DNA from: Candidatus Moranbacteria bacterium GW2011_GWE2_35_2-
Lineage (GTDB): Bacteria; Patescibacteriota; Minisyncoccia; Moranbacterales; UBA9337
DNA: 64,000 nt
Assembly (NCBI GenBank): GCA_000990585.1
Contig: LBQD01000002.1
Location: 184,016 to 248,015 of the forward strand
Reading direction: 5' to 3'
This document shows, in pieces, positions 1 through 10,159 of this stretch (its first letter is position 1; the number at the start of each line of letters is the position of its first letter). The position numbers and the translations under genes are program-made. A model generated the notes under the pieces. That model was given only the letters and a program-made list of their open reading frames with translations. It was not told the DNA's origin and did no database searches.

Positions 1-2904
1 AGCGTGATGAAAGATGTGGTGCCGCGATATTGGACGATGCGCGGAAAATATGTCGAGCGAAAATGGGGCTGGGATTGCCATGGTCTTCCAATTGAAAATA
101 TCGTGGAGAAAGAACTTGGTTCAAAAAAGAAAAAAGACATCGAGGAAATGGGCGTGGAGAAATTCAACGAGCTGTGTCGAAGCAAAGTTTTGGAATATGT
201 CGATATTTGGAAAAAAGTGATTTCCCGGCTCGGACGCTGGGCGGATATGGAAAATGCCTACAAAACGATGGATTTGCCGTATATGGAATCGGTTTGGAAC
301 GTTTTCAAACAGCTCTATGACAAGGGTTTGATTTATGAAGGCTACCGCTCAATGCATATTTGCACGCGCTGTGAAACGACTTTATCGCAACAGGAGGTTT
401 CCGAAGGGTATAAGGATATTAAGGATTTGTCGGCGATCGCGAAATTCGAATTAGTGAAACCCTCACCCCTAACCCCTCTCCCGGAGGGAGAGGGGGATAA
501 GGTTTTCGTTTTAGCTTGGACGACGACACCTTGGACATTGATTGGGAATGTGGCGCTGGCAGTAGGAAAGGATATTGATTATGTGGAAATTGGAATTAAG
601 AATCAAGAATCAGGAATTAGAGAAAACTATATTTTAGCCAAAGACAGAATTGCGGATGTGGCGAGAGATAAAGAGTATGAAATTATAAAAGAATTCAAGG
701 GTAGCGAATTAGTCGGTAAAGAATACAAACCGCTATTTGATTATTATCAAAACAAAGGTTTGCAAAACGAAGAGAATGGCTGGAAAATTTATGCCGGAGA
801 TTTTGTGACGACTGATGAGGGAACTGGCGTGGTGCATATCGCGCCGGCATTTGGAGAGGATGATTTGAAATTGGGACAAAAAGAAAAATTGCCGTTTGTG
901 CAACACGTTGGGTTGGATGGCGTGATTAAAAAAGAAGTTGGAGATCCTGAAGCACAGCAATCTGGCTATAGGGCAAGTTTTGCGGGACTTTCAGTCAAGC
1001 CGATGACCGGGGAAAAAGACAGCCATCAAAAAACCGATATCGAAATCATCAAATATTTGGCGCACAAGGGTTTATTGTTTTTTAAGGAAAAATATGAACA
1101 CAGTTATCCGCATTGCTGGAGGTGTGACACGCCGCTAATTAATTACGCGACAAGCTCTTGGTTTGTGGCGGTGGAAAAAGTGAAAGACGAAGCGTTGGAA
1201 TTGGCAAAAGAAATAAATTGGTCGCCATCCCATATGAAAGAAGGACGGTTTGGAAAATGGCTGGAAGGCGCGCGCGATTGGTCGATTTCCCGGCAGAGGT
1301 TTTGGGCGAGTGTGATGCCGATTTGGGTTTGCGATCAATGCGGAGAAGTTAGGGTGTTTGGGGGCGTTGGGGAGTTGGAAGAAATTTCCGGAGAGAAAAT
1401 CACTGACATCCACAAGCATATCGTGGATAAAATCATTTTCAAATGTGAAAAGTGCGCTTCGACAGGCTCAGCGCAAGTAGGGACAATGAAACGGGTGCCG
1501 GATGTTTTGGATACTTGGTTTGACAGTGGCTCGATGCCGTATGCTCAGATGCATTATCCATTTGAAAATGTGGAAAAATTCGAAAAAAGTTTTCCGGCGG
1601 ATTTCATTGCCGAAGGGCAGGATCAGACCCGGGCGTGGTTTTATTATCTTCATATTCTAGGCACGGCGCTCAAAAACAAGCCGGCTTTCAAGAATGTGAT
1701 TGTCAATGGAACTGTTTTAGCGGAAGATGGAAAGAAAATGTCAAAAAGGTTAAGTAATTATCCCGATCCTATGGAGATGTTTGAAAAATACGGCGCGGAC
1801 GCGGTGCGATTCTATTTGATGAGCAGCCCCGTCGTGGCGGCGGAAAATTTGAATTTCAAAGAGGCGGATGTGGCGGACGTGGTTCGTGGGATGATGCGGA
1901 TGCTTTGGAATTCATATTCATTTTTTGTGTTGTATGCAAACATTGACGGCTTTGCGCCGCAAGATACAAGATACAAAATACAAGATACAAGCAGTCTTTT
2001 GGATAAGTGGATTATTTCGGAATTGCATACGCTGATTCGGGAATTCAATTTGCATATGGAAAATTATGAGCTTAACCGGGCGTGCCGTTTGGTGCCTAAA
2101 TTCGTGGACAATCTTTCCAATTGGTATGTGCGCCGATCAAGAAAAAGATTCTGGAAATCGGAAAATGACAATGATAAAAATGAGGCATACGCGACTTTGC
2201 ACTATGTTTTGGTGGAACTTTCCAAAGTAATGGCATCGTTTACACCGTTTATTTCGGAAGAGATTTATAGAAATTTGAAGAGCCCTTACCCCAACCCTCT
2301 CCCAGAGGGAGAGGGGGATTTAGTGTCGGTGCATTTGGCTGATTTTCCGATGGCGGATGAGAAGTTGATTGATGAAAAGTTGAATGAGCAAATGCAAAAA
2401 ACTCGCGAAATTATTACGGAAGCGTTGCAACTTCGCGCCAAAGCGGGAATCAAGGTGAGGCAACCTTTGGGTCAATTTTCAATTTTCAATTTTCAATTTT
2501 CAAACAATGAAAAAGAATTTTTAAATATAATAAAAGAGGAAGTTAATGTGAAAAATGTTGCGATTAGCGGAGAAGAAGAAACGGAAGGGAAATGGGCGGT
2601 TGGCGATGCCGGAGGAGTCAAAGTGTCTTTGAATACGGAAATAACGGATGAGTTGAGGATGGAGGGGCAGGCGCGGGAGGTTGTTCGCTTTATTCAGGAA
2701 ATGCGCAAAGAAGCGGGATATGAAGTTGACAATCGCATCCAAGTGTGCTATGATGGACAGTCGGATGTTTTTGAAAAATTCGGTTCTTTGATAACTAAAG
2801 AAGTGTTGGCAGACAAACTGTCTGCCGAAAAATTGGAAAAAACAGACCTGCAAAAAGAATTCAATCTGGATGGCGAAAAAATCCGGATTGGGATTTGCAG
2901 ATAA
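1..2904 (+). CDS. ileS: Isoleucine--tRNA ligase (5' end outside window)
   Basis: GWDCHGLP, WTTTPWTL, DWSISRQRFW and KMSKR motifs; frame open from base 1. Confidence 0.97.
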   Translation, partial: SVMKDVVPRYWTMRGKYVERKWGWDCHGLPIENIVEKELGSKKKKDIEEMGVEKFNELCRSKVLEYVDIWKKVISRLGRWADMENAYKTMDLPYMESVWNVFKQLYDKGLIYEGYRSMHICTRCETTLSQQEVSEGYKDIKDLSAIAKFELVKPSPLTPLPEGEGDKVFVLAWTTTPWTLIGNVALAVGKDIDYVEIGIKNQESGIRENYILAKDRIADVARDKEYEIIKEFKGSELVGKEYKPLFDYYQNKGLQNEENGWKIYAGDFVTTDEGTGVVHIAPAFGEDDLKLGQKEKLPFVQHVGLDGVIKKEVGDPEAQQSGYRASFAGLSVKPMTGEKDSHQKTDIEIIKYLAHKGLLFFKEKYEHSYPHCWRCDTPLINYATSSWFVAVEKVKDEALELAKEINWSPSHMKEGRFGKWLEGARDWSISRQRFWASVMPIWVCDQCGEVRVFGGVGELEEISGEKITDIHKHIVDKIIFKCEKCASTGSAQVGTMKRVPDVLDTWFDSGSMPYAQMHYPFENVEKFEKSFPADFIAEGQDQTRAWFYYLHILGTALKNKPAFKNVIVNGTVLAEDGKKMSKRLSNYPDPMEMFEKYGADAVRFYLMSSPVVAAENLNFKEADVADVVRGMMRMLWNSYSFFVLYANIDGFAPQDTRYKIQDTSSLLDKWIISELHTLIREFNLHMENYELNRACRLVPKFVDNLSNWYVRRSRKRFWKSENDNDKNEAYATLHYVLVELSKVMASFTPFISEEIYRNLKSPYPNPLPEGEGDLVSVHLADFPMADEKLIDEKLNEQMQKTREIITEALQLRAKAGIKVRQPLGQFSIFNFQFSNNEKEFLNIIKEEVNVKNVAISGEEETEGKWAVGDAGGVKVSLNTEITDELRMEGQAREVVRFIQEMRKEAGYEVDNRIQVCYDGQSDVFEKFGSLITKEVLADKLSAEKLEKTDLQKEFNLDGEKIRIGICR
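459..496 (+). repeat. REP-like palindromic element, in frame in ileS (PSPLTPLPEGEG)
   Basis: CCCTCACCCCTAACCCCTCTCCCGGAGGGAGAGGGG; CCCTCTCCC/GGGAGAGGG hairpin; two more copies nearby. Confidence 0.85.
2283..2317 (+). repeat. REP-like palindromic element, in frame in ileS (SPYPNPLPEGEG)
   Basis: CCCTTACCCCAACCCTCTCCCAGAGGGAGAGGGG. Confidence 0.85.
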
Positions 2905-2937
2905 AATATAAAAACCGTAAATACGAGAGGTGCGTTT

Positions 2938-3084
2938 ATGGACATTGCAATCAAATTTTTTTTGGATGTATGTGAAGTTCCGCCGATTGTTCTATATGTG
3001 TTTTTTGGCGGAGGCTTTTTAATCATTTCGTTTTTCTTGCTCGCAACGGCGGGCGGGGAAAAAAATAAGGAGGGAAAGAAATGA
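2938..3084 (+). CDS. Small single-TM hypothetical protein (48 aa, not in ORF track)
   Basis: GAGG SD, ATG 2938, MDIAIKFFLDVCEVPPIVLYVFFGGGFLIISFFLL..., ATGA overlap with next ORF. Confidence 0.55.
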   Translation: MDIAIKFFLDVCEVPPIVLYVFFGGGFLIISFFLLATAGGEKNKEGKK

Positions 3085-3335
3085 TAGTGGAATGGTTTTT
3101 TACCCTGCCCATGGATTTTAAAATCCTTGCGTGGGTAGGTTCTTTTTTGGCAACAGCTTTTTGCTGTATGTTCTGGGGAGCGTTTTTTCTCCCCCAAAAA
3201 AAATGTTTAAGATGTGATAACTTGGATGATCCTCACGAGATGTTTCGTGAAGCGGATGGGAGTCTTCTCTGCCGGAGTTGTAAGGCAGAAAAGATTGCCG
3301 CTTCGATCGTTTCAGGGTGCGAGCATTGTCATTAA
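3081..3335 (+). CDS. Small membrane protein with Cys-rich (zinc-ribbon-like) C-terminus
   Basis: AAGGAGG SD, TM segment, CxxC...CxxC. Confidence 0.6.
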   Translation: MIVEWFFTLPMDFKILAWVGSFLATAFCCMFWGAFFLPQKKCLRCDNLDDPHEMFREADGSLLCRSCKAEKIAASIVSGCEHCH

Positions 3336-3360
3336 CTTTGACAAGTGAGCTTGCCCCGAG

Positions 3361-3396
3361 GCTTGACTCTACGTAATGTGGAGTTGAGCTTTTTTT
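3361..3396 (+). terminator. Probable intrinsic terminator
   Basis: GCTTGACTCTAC/GTGGAGTTGAGC stem followed by T-tract. Confidence 0.6.
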
Positions 3397-3428
3397 ATTT
3401 TCTTGGAAATTTTAATATTTTTCTAAGA

Positions 3429-3464
3429 ACCCTCACCCCAACCCTCTCCCAGAGGGAGAGGGGG
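3429..3464 (+). repeat. REP-like palindromic element, intergenic copy
   Basis: CCCTCACCCCAACCCTCTCCCAGAGGGAGAGGGG upstream of recO. Confidence 0.85.
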
Positions 3465-3517
3465 AAATAATGCTATGATAATAGAATATTGAGATGTTAG
3501 TATGTTAAAATGATTTT

Positions 3518-4231
3518 ATGGAATACAAATATACGGGAATAATTTTGGGAAAATATGATGTCGGGGAGACCGACCGGATTTATGTTATTTACACCTTGGA
3601 GCAAGGAAAAATTCGCGCGCTTGCCAAAGGGGTGCGCAAGATGCATGCTAAACTGTCAGGATCACTGGAGAGTTTCAATTTGGTTGATATTTTGATTGCG
3701 CGCAACAGGGGGATGGGAAAGATAAAATCAGCGATTGTGGAGAGAAACTTTTCCGTTATTAAAAACAATTTTGAACTGTTGGAAAAGGTTTTTCAAGTTA
3801 TTGGAATTTTCGGTCGTTTAATGGAAGATGAACAAAAAGACGAAGAAGCGTTTTTTTTGCTTGCGCAATATTTGAAAATGATGAATGAAAAAAACGGAGA
3901 TGATTTTTTGCGTTTTAGGATAATAACGCAGGGATTTTTGCACCAACTTTTTTCTTTATTGGGATATCAATTAGAAATTTCCGGTTGTGCGGTTTGTCGG
4001 GAAAAAATAAAAGCCGGCGGTAATTTTTTTTCAATGAGTTGCGGCGGAGTTGTTTGCCATAAGTGTGGCAATGATGTGGTTGAGAAAATGCGCGTTACGG
4101 ACAATACAATCAAGGCGATGCGTATTTTTTCTTCGAATAATTTGAAGTCCTTATTAAAGTTAAAAATAAAAAAAGAGGAAATAACAGAGTTGGAAAGAGT
4201 ATCCGATTTGTTTTATCGATGGATTGTATAA
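3518..4231 (+). CDS. recO: DNA repair protein RecO
   Basis: GETDRIYVIYT..GKI.A.AKGVRK OB-fold; CxxC...CxxC zinc site. Confidence 0.93.
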   Translation: MEYKYTGIILGKYDVGETDRIYVIYTLEQGKIRALAKGVRKMHAKLSGSLESFNLVDILIARNRGMGKIKSAIVERNFSVIKNNFELLEKVFQVIGIFGRLMEDEQKDEEAFFLLAQYLKMMNEKNGDDFLRFRIITQGFLHQLFSLLGYQLEISGCAVCREKIKAGGNFFSMSCGGVVCHKCGNDVVEKMRVTDNTIKAMRIFSSNNLKSLLKLKIKKEEITELERVSDLFYRWIV

Positions 4232-4312
4232 GTTGTCTTGTTGGGAAGAAAAAAATTTGATAAAATAATGATACAATCTAATTGTTATATAGTTATTCGA
4301 ATAAAATTTTTT

Positions 4313-6214
4313 ATGTCTCTTGATAACTTAAACAAAAAAATAAATAATCCCAATGAGTTGATTGATAATAGTGAAATTTACGGGGAAAAAAAATTACCAG
4401 TAGAGAACAAATTTATTATTGGTGATGGAAAAAAATGGAAGCGAACTAACGGTTGGCTGGATGAAGGAACATTGAAAATTATTAAAATTGCGATGATGGT
4501 TCTTGCCGGATTTTTTGTACTGGCGGCGATCGTTTATGGTGTTTTTCGGTACAGTCAAACTTCTTTTAGCGAGGAACGAGTGCTTGTTGAAATTGAGGGA
4601 CCGGCGGATATTAACAGTAGTGAAGTTGTAAAGTATAAAATAAAATATAAAAACAACAACCGAGCTGAACTTGAAAATGCGGAATTTGTGATTAGCTATC
4701 CTGAGAATTTCAATCCGGAAGGAAATTCTAATTTTCAAATTCAAGGGGAAAATAATAGTGTGGTTAAGGTGGGAAAAATAAAGTCTCGTGGTGAAGGTTA
4801 CGTGGAGATTAGTGGGCGTTTTTATGCGCCGATAAATTATACATTAATAATGAAAGCTTCATTGAAATACATGCCTTCAAATTTTAGCAGTCAATTTCAA
4901 TCTAGCACGCAAAAAGGTCTTAGCGTAAAAACTTCTCCGTTGGTAATTTCCATCAATGCTCCGATGGAGATTCTCAGTGAAAGTAAAATTAGTTATGTAA
5001 TCGGATACCAAAACACAAGTTCTATTTCTTTTGATGATTTGAAACTTGAAGTTGATTTTCCGAAAGGGTTTGAAATTCAAAATTCGGAAGTTTCTATTTT
5101 TAAAGAAAACAGCATTTGGAATGTTGGAAGGTTGGAGGCGGGGCAAAAAGGAGAAATCAAAATCGAGGGGATTATTCAAGGCGTAAGAGGTGATGTCAAA
5201 TCCATAAATGTCGCTATTGGACAGTTTAGGCAAGATAAGGAGTTGCTGGTGTTTGATAAAAGAGAAGCAATTTCTAAAATAGTGGTACTTCCTTTGTCCA
5301 TTTCACAAACAATAAATGAGCAAAAATCGCTTAATATCAATTCTGGGGAGAATTTGAATTATCGTTTGCATTATCGAAATGATGGAGATGTCGGATTGCG
5401 GGATTTGATTATAACGATGAAGATAGATTCTCCGGTTTTGGATTTTTCCAAGTTGAATTTGAGTGGCGGAGGTTCGTATGATTCGGAAAAAAAAGAAATT
5501 GCATGGAAAGCTTCTGATGTTTCTCAACTTGCCAAGCTTGATCCGGGTCAAGGAGGATCAGTAAGTTTTTCCATTCCAGTAAAAGACAAGATTGAAGTGA
5601 ACAGTAAGGAAGACAAAAATTTTTCAATTGAATCAATTGCTAAGATTGATAGTCCGGATGTGGCATATCCAGCGATAGGAGTAAATGAGAGTGCGAGCAG
5701 AGCGCTTGTAAAGGTCAATTCGAAAGTTATTTTAGAAACCGTCGGATATTATAAGGATGCGAATATTGCAACGTCCGGACCGATTCCTCCGGAAGTAGGC
5801 AAGGAAACGGAATATATTATTCATTGGTTAGTTACTAATATTTCCAATGATATTGATAATGTCTCGGTTTCCGCTTTTCTTCCGACGGGAGTGAAATGGA
5901 AAAACGAAATTTATTCAAAAACCGAGGATGTGAAATATAATGAAAGAACCAATGAGATTATTTGGAATCCGGGAAAAATTGAAAACGGAACCGGAATTTT
6001 GGGCAAAGTAAGAGATGTGAGTTTCAAAGTTTCGATAGTTCCACAAATAAATCAAGAAGGGAAAGCGGTTGTTCTTTTGGGAAAAACGACACTTAGGGCG
6101 AAAGACTTGTTTACTGGAAATGAAGTGTTAAAAGAAATTGCAGAAAAAAATACAGAACTTCGGGAAGATAGTAGTATTACATCTGCTGGTTATCAAGTGA
6201 AAAAAGGAGAGTAG
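4313..6214 (+). CDS. Membrane-anchored protein with repeated Ig-like (DUF11-like) domains
   Basis: Long ORF, N-terminal TM, repeated YxIxYxN beta-rich modules; start placed at MSLDNL. Confidence 0.7.
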   Translation: MSLDNLNKKINNPNELIDNSEIYGEKKLPVENKFIIGDGKKWKRTNGWLDEGTLKIIKIAMMVLAGFFVLAAIVYGVFRYSQTSFSEERVLVEIEGPADINSSEVVKYKIKYKNNNRAELENAEFVISYPENFNPEGNSNFQIQGENNSVVKVGKIKSRGEGYVEISGRFYAPINYTLIMKASLKYMPSNFSSQFQSSTQKGLSVKTSPLVISINAPMEILSESKISYVIGYQNTSSISFDDLKLEVDFPKGFEIQNSEVSIFKENSIWNVGRLEAGQKGEIKIEGIIQGVRGDVKSINVAIGQFRQDKELLVFDKREAISKIVVLPLSISQTINEQKSLNINSGENLNYRLHYRNDGDVGLRDLIITMKIDSPVLDFSKLNLSGGGSYDSEKKEIAWKASDVSQLAKLDPGQGGSVSFSIPVKDKIEVNSKEDKNFSIESIAKIDSPDVAYPAIGVNESASRALVKVNSKVILETVGYYKDANIATSGPIPPEVGKETEYIIHWLVTNISNDIDNVSVSAFLPTGVKWKNEIYSKTEDVKYNERTNEIIWNPGKIENGTGILGKVRDVSFKVSIVPQINQEGKAVVLLGKTTLRAKDLFTGNEVLKEIAEKNTELREDSSITSAGYQVKKGE

Positions 6215-6233
6215 TATCGTTTTATTTCAAAAT

Positions 6234-7397
6234 ATGGAAATTTTTTCCGAAAAAAGAGTAAGAGTGAAAAAAATAAAAACGAAAAGCGGAGAATTGCAAA
6301 CTCCGTTTTTTATGCCTGACGCTACACGAGGATTTATCAAATCTATGAGCGGAAAAGATTTGAAAGATGCAGGGGTTGGTCCGATGGTAGTCAATACATA
6401 TCATTTGTATTTGCAACCCGGTATGGAATTGATTAAGAAATCCGTCAGTCCTTGTCAAAATTTTGACGGACAAGGAAATATTCATAAATTTATGAATTGG
6501 GACAAGCCCTTGCTTTCCGATAGTGGAGGATATCAAGTTTTTTCTTTGATACACAAGAATCCGCAAATGGGAAAAATTACCGATGATGGCGTGGAATTTC
6601 GTTCGCCTTTGGATGGTTCAAAACACTATATTACTCCGGAAAAAGCGATTCAAATTCAGTTTGATTTGGGAGTGGATATGATGGTGTGCCTGGATGATCC
6701 GCCTCCAAACAGTCATACGAAAGAAAAAATTGAAGCGGCCGTTGATCGGACTTTGGCTTGGGCGAAAAGGTGTATGATAGAGTATAAAAAACAAATTAAA
6801 GAAAGGAAAATTGAAAAAGAAAATAAACCTTTGATTTTTTGCGTTATTCAAGGCGGTGAATATTTGGATTTGAGGAAAAAATGCGTTGAGGGATTGATTG
6901 AAATCGGGTTTTCCAAAGAAGGCGGACCGGCTATGCGATGGGATGGATATGGATTTGGTGCGCGGCATGTTGACAGCGAGGGCAATTTTTTGGAGAAAGT
7001 TTTGGAATATACTGCCAAGTTGATTCCGGAAGATTCTTTGCGTTTTGCTTTGGGAATCGGAACACCGGAGGATATTGTCCGTTCGGTGCAAATGGGATGG
7101 GATATGTTTGATTGCGTAATTCCGACGCGAGAGGCAAGACATGGAAAAATATTTTTATGGAAAGACGATAATTTGGAAGGGGAGTTTTATAAAACTGTGA
7201 ATATTACTAATTCGAAATTTAAGGATGATTTTAGCGCGATAGATGAAAATTGTGATTGTGAACTTTGTCTAAATTATTCACGGGCATATTTGCATCATAT
7301 TTTCAAAATGAAAGATCCTTTGGCGGCACGTATTGCTTCGATTCACAATTTGAAATTCTATACGAATTTGATGAAAAAAATCCGCGGGGAGATGTAG
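6234..7397 (+). CDS. tgt: tRNA-guanine transglycosylase
   Basis: TPFFMP, NTYHL, DSGGYQVFSL, DMFDCVIPTR, CDCELC zinc motif. Confidence 0.95.
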   Translation: MEIFSEKRVRVKKIKTKSGELQTPFFMPDATRGFIKSMSGKDLKDAGVGPMVVNTYHLYLQPGMELIKKSVSPCQNFDGQGNIHKFMNWDKPLLSDSGGYQVFSLIHKNPQMGKITDDGVEFRSPLDGSKHYITPEKAIQIQFDLGVDMMVCLDDPPPNSHTKEKIEAAVDRTLAWAKRCMIEYKKQIKERKIEKENKPLIFCVIQGGEYLDLRKKCVEGLIEIGFSKEGGPAMRWDGYGFGARHVDSEGNFLEKVLEYTAKLIPEDSLRFALGIGTPEDIVRSVQMGWDMFDCVIPTREARHGKIFLWKDDNLEGEFYKTVNITNSKFKDDFSAIDENCDCELCLNYSRAYLHHIFKMKDPLAARIASIHNLKFYTNLMKKIRGEM

Positions 7398-7747
7398 GCT
7401 TTTTTTGTAGAATTATTGTAGGTTTGAATTTAAAAAATCGAATGTTCTTTTTGAATAAAAAATTATCATAGAAGGTTAAAATAGGGAAAAAACTGAATTT
7501 CTCATAGCCAACCTCATGAAAAAAAGAAAAAGTTGGTAGTAGATAAAAATAACCGATTTTGTAAAAAAATCAAATTTAATGTTGAAAATGAAAGAATGTT
7601 ATGACTCATATCATCAAAATTTGCGTTCGTATTTTTATTTGATCCAAAGACAAGTTCTTAGATGATTATTAAAAAAAATGTCACAGGCTGATTTTCTTAT
7701 TATATTCGAGTCTTTTTTTATTTCATTTTTAAGGATATAATGAAAAT

Positions 7748-9025
7748 ATGAAAAAAATAATTCCACAAAAATTGAAAAATTATTATCATCTACTTTACGC
7801 CGTGGTGGCTAATTTTTGGTACGGATTTCCGTCAAAAAAAATAAAGGTAATTGGCGTAACGGGAACTAATGGAAAAACAACAACCGTGCAAATGATAACC
7901 AAGATTTTGGAAGAAGCTGGATTTGATGTGGCAATGGCTTCAACGATCAATTTCAAATTAAACGGTAAAGAAAAAGTTAATAAAACAAAATTCACAACCC
8001 TCTCGGCATTTGCGGTACAAAAATTTATTATGGATGCGGTTTTGGGTGAACATGATTTTGTGGTCTTGGAAACTTCATCGCATTCGCTAGATCAATACAG
8101 AGTGTGGGGAGTGGAATATGACACAGCAGTGATTACCAATGTGACGCGTGAGCATTTGGATTATCACAAGACAATGGAACAGTATCGAAAAGCCAAAAAA
8201 ACATTATTTAAAAAAGCGGAAAATATTGTGGTTAATTTGGATATGGAGAAACCGGAATATTATTTGAGTGCGGATGTCGAGAAAAAATATGGATATAGTA
8301 TTGAGAATCAAGAATCAAGAATCAAGAATCAGGATTTTTATAAAATGATAAAAGCAGAGAATATAAAACTAGATATCAATAAATCTGAATTCATAATTCA
8401 TAATTCTCAATTCTTATTAAATTTGCCGGGTAAGTTCAATATTGAAAATGCACTGGCGGCAACTTGCGTCGGAATGATTTATGATATTAAAAATGATGTT
8501 ATCGCGCGAGCTTTGGAAAAAATCAATGGAATTCCAGGAAGAATGGAAAGTGTTTCAAATGATAGAGGTTTAAATATTATAATTGACTACGCCGTGACTC
8601 CGGATTCATTGGAAAAATTGTATAGACTAATCAGAGAGTTTCGAAATACTGAAGACGGAAAAATCATTGCGGTATTTGGTTCTTGCGGAGAGCGTGATCG
8701 CGGCAAGCGTCCGATAATGGGAGAAATTGTTTCGCGTACTGCCGACTATGTCATTGTGACTAATGAAGATCCGTATGGAGAAGATCCGCAAAGAATTATT
8801 GATGAGGTGGCAAGCGGGGTGAAAAACAAAAAAGAGAATGAAAACTTTTGGAAAATAACGGATCGCCGCAGGGCAATCAAAAAAGCATTGCAAATTGCAA
8901 GGCCGGGGGATTTTGTGATTGTGACCGGCAAGGGGGCGGAAGAAACAATGGCAGTCGGCGCCACCGAAAGAATTTCTTGGAGCGATAAGAAAATTATCCG
9001 AGAAATATTGCAAGAATCAATGTAA
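7748..9025 (+). CDS. murE: UDP-N-acetylmuramoyl-tripeptide synthetase (MurE family)
   Basis: GVTGTNGKTT, ETSSH, EHLDYH, GRME, GERDRGKRP. Confidence 0.9.
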   Translation: MKKIIPQKLKNYYHLLYAVVANFWYGFPSKKIKVIGVTGTNGKTTTVQMITKILEEAGFDVAMASTINFKLNGKEKVNKTKFTTLSAFAVQKFIMDAVLGEHDFVVLETSSHSLDQYRVWGVEYDTAVITNVTREHLDYHKTMEQYRKAKKTLFKKAENIVVNLDMEKPEYYLSADVEKKYGYSIENQESRIKNQDFYKMIKAENIKLDINKSEFIIHNSQFLLNLPGKFNIENALAATCVGMIYDIKNDVIARALEKINGIPGRMESVSNDRGLNIIIDYAVTPDSLEKLYRLIREFRNTEDGKIIAVFGSCGERDRGKRPIMGEIVSRTADYVIVTNEDPYGEDPQRIIDEVASGVKNKKENENFWKITDRRRAIKKALQIARPGDFVIVTGKGAEETMAVGATERISWSDKKIIREILQESM

Positions 9026-9446
9026 GAACAAAACCGAAAATCGCTCCGGCGATCGCTTCTTCCGGACGATGCCCCATTCTTTCTTTGAGGCGGGTATATT
9101 CTTTTTCATCAACACCGATTTTATCAGTGAGCATATTAATATAGCGGCTGTGTTCTCCCATATAGACGCGAAGTCTTGTGGCGTCGTCAATAATCAAAAT
9201 CGCCAAAACAAAAGCAATGGCGAATTCTCCTGAGTCGATTCCGGAGAAATATCCAACGGAAGTTACCAAGGAAATCATTAAAGCGCTATGCACGCTGGGC
9301 ATATGTCCATATGTCATTGCGTGGTCAAGCGTATATTTGAAATTATTTCCGTGTTTGACGTAGAATATGATAAATTTCAAGATTCTAGCGAAAGCCAAAA
9401 CGATCAAAGGAATGATAAACATTGCATAATTTGAAAAAATATCCAT
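8994..9446 (-). CDS. Divergent PAP2 family (DUF212) membrane protein
   Basis: GHMPSVHSA and LKERMGH.P.E motifs. Confidence 0.85.
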   Translation of the reverse strand: MDIFSNYAMFIIPLIVLAFARILKFIIFYVKHGNNFKYTLDHAMTYGHMPSVHSALMISLVTSVGYFSGIDSGEFAIAFVLAILIIDDATRLRVYMGEHSRYINMLTDKIGVDEKEYTRLKERMGHRPEEAIAGAIFGFVLTLILAIFLG

Positions 9447-9576
9447 TTTATTTGAAATTAACAATTTAACATTTTAATTATAGCACAAAAAAACGGAAAA
9501 AACAGGAATATTTTATTTTTTGCCAAATAGTGTATAATTAAAGATACAGTATAATAATTAAAATAAAAGTAAAAAT

Positions 9577-10128
9577 ATGGGAATTGGATTGATTTTATTA
9601 ATTGTTCTTATTATTGTGGCGGTGTGGGTTCTTGGGATTTATAACAGTTTAATCAAATTGAAAAATAGAGTGGATGAAGCATGGAGCGATATTGATGTGC
9701 AACTCAAAAGGCGTTATGATTTAATTCCGAATTTGATCAACACTGTTAAGGGTTACGCAACGCACGAGAAGGAATTGTTTGAAAAAATAACGCAGGCTCG
9801 AACGGCGGCAATGGGAGCGAAAAATCCGGCAGAAAAAGAACAAACGGAAAATATGCTTTCCGACACCTTAAAATCGCTTTTTGCGGTGGCGGAAAATTAT
9901 CCGGATTTAAAAGCCAATCAAAATTTTTTGGAATTGCAACGCGAACTTTCTGATACAGAGAATAAAATTCAGGCATCCAGAAGATTTTACAATGGCAATG
10001 TTCGTGATTTCAATACTAAAATTGAGGTTTTTCCAAATAATTTGATTGTCGGAATGTTGAATTTTACCAAGCGCGAATTTTTTGAAGCTGAGGAGAGGGA
10101 GAAAGAAAATGTGAAAGTGGAATTCTAA
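9577..10128 (+). CDS. lemA: LemA family protein
   Basis: WSDIDVQLKRRYDLIPNL, AENYPDLKANQNF. Confidence 0.95.
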   Translation: MGIGLILLIVLIIVAVWVLGIYNSLIKLKNRVDEAWSDIDVQLKRRYDLIPNLINTVKGYATHEKELFEKITQARTAAMGAKNPAEKEQTENMLSDTLKSLFAVAENYPDLKANQNFLELQRELSDTENKIQASRRFYNGNVRDFNTKIEVFPNNLIVGMLNFTKREFFEAEEREKENVKVEF

Positions 10129-10159
10129 TCAAGTTTTTTATTTATAAAATATAAATAGC

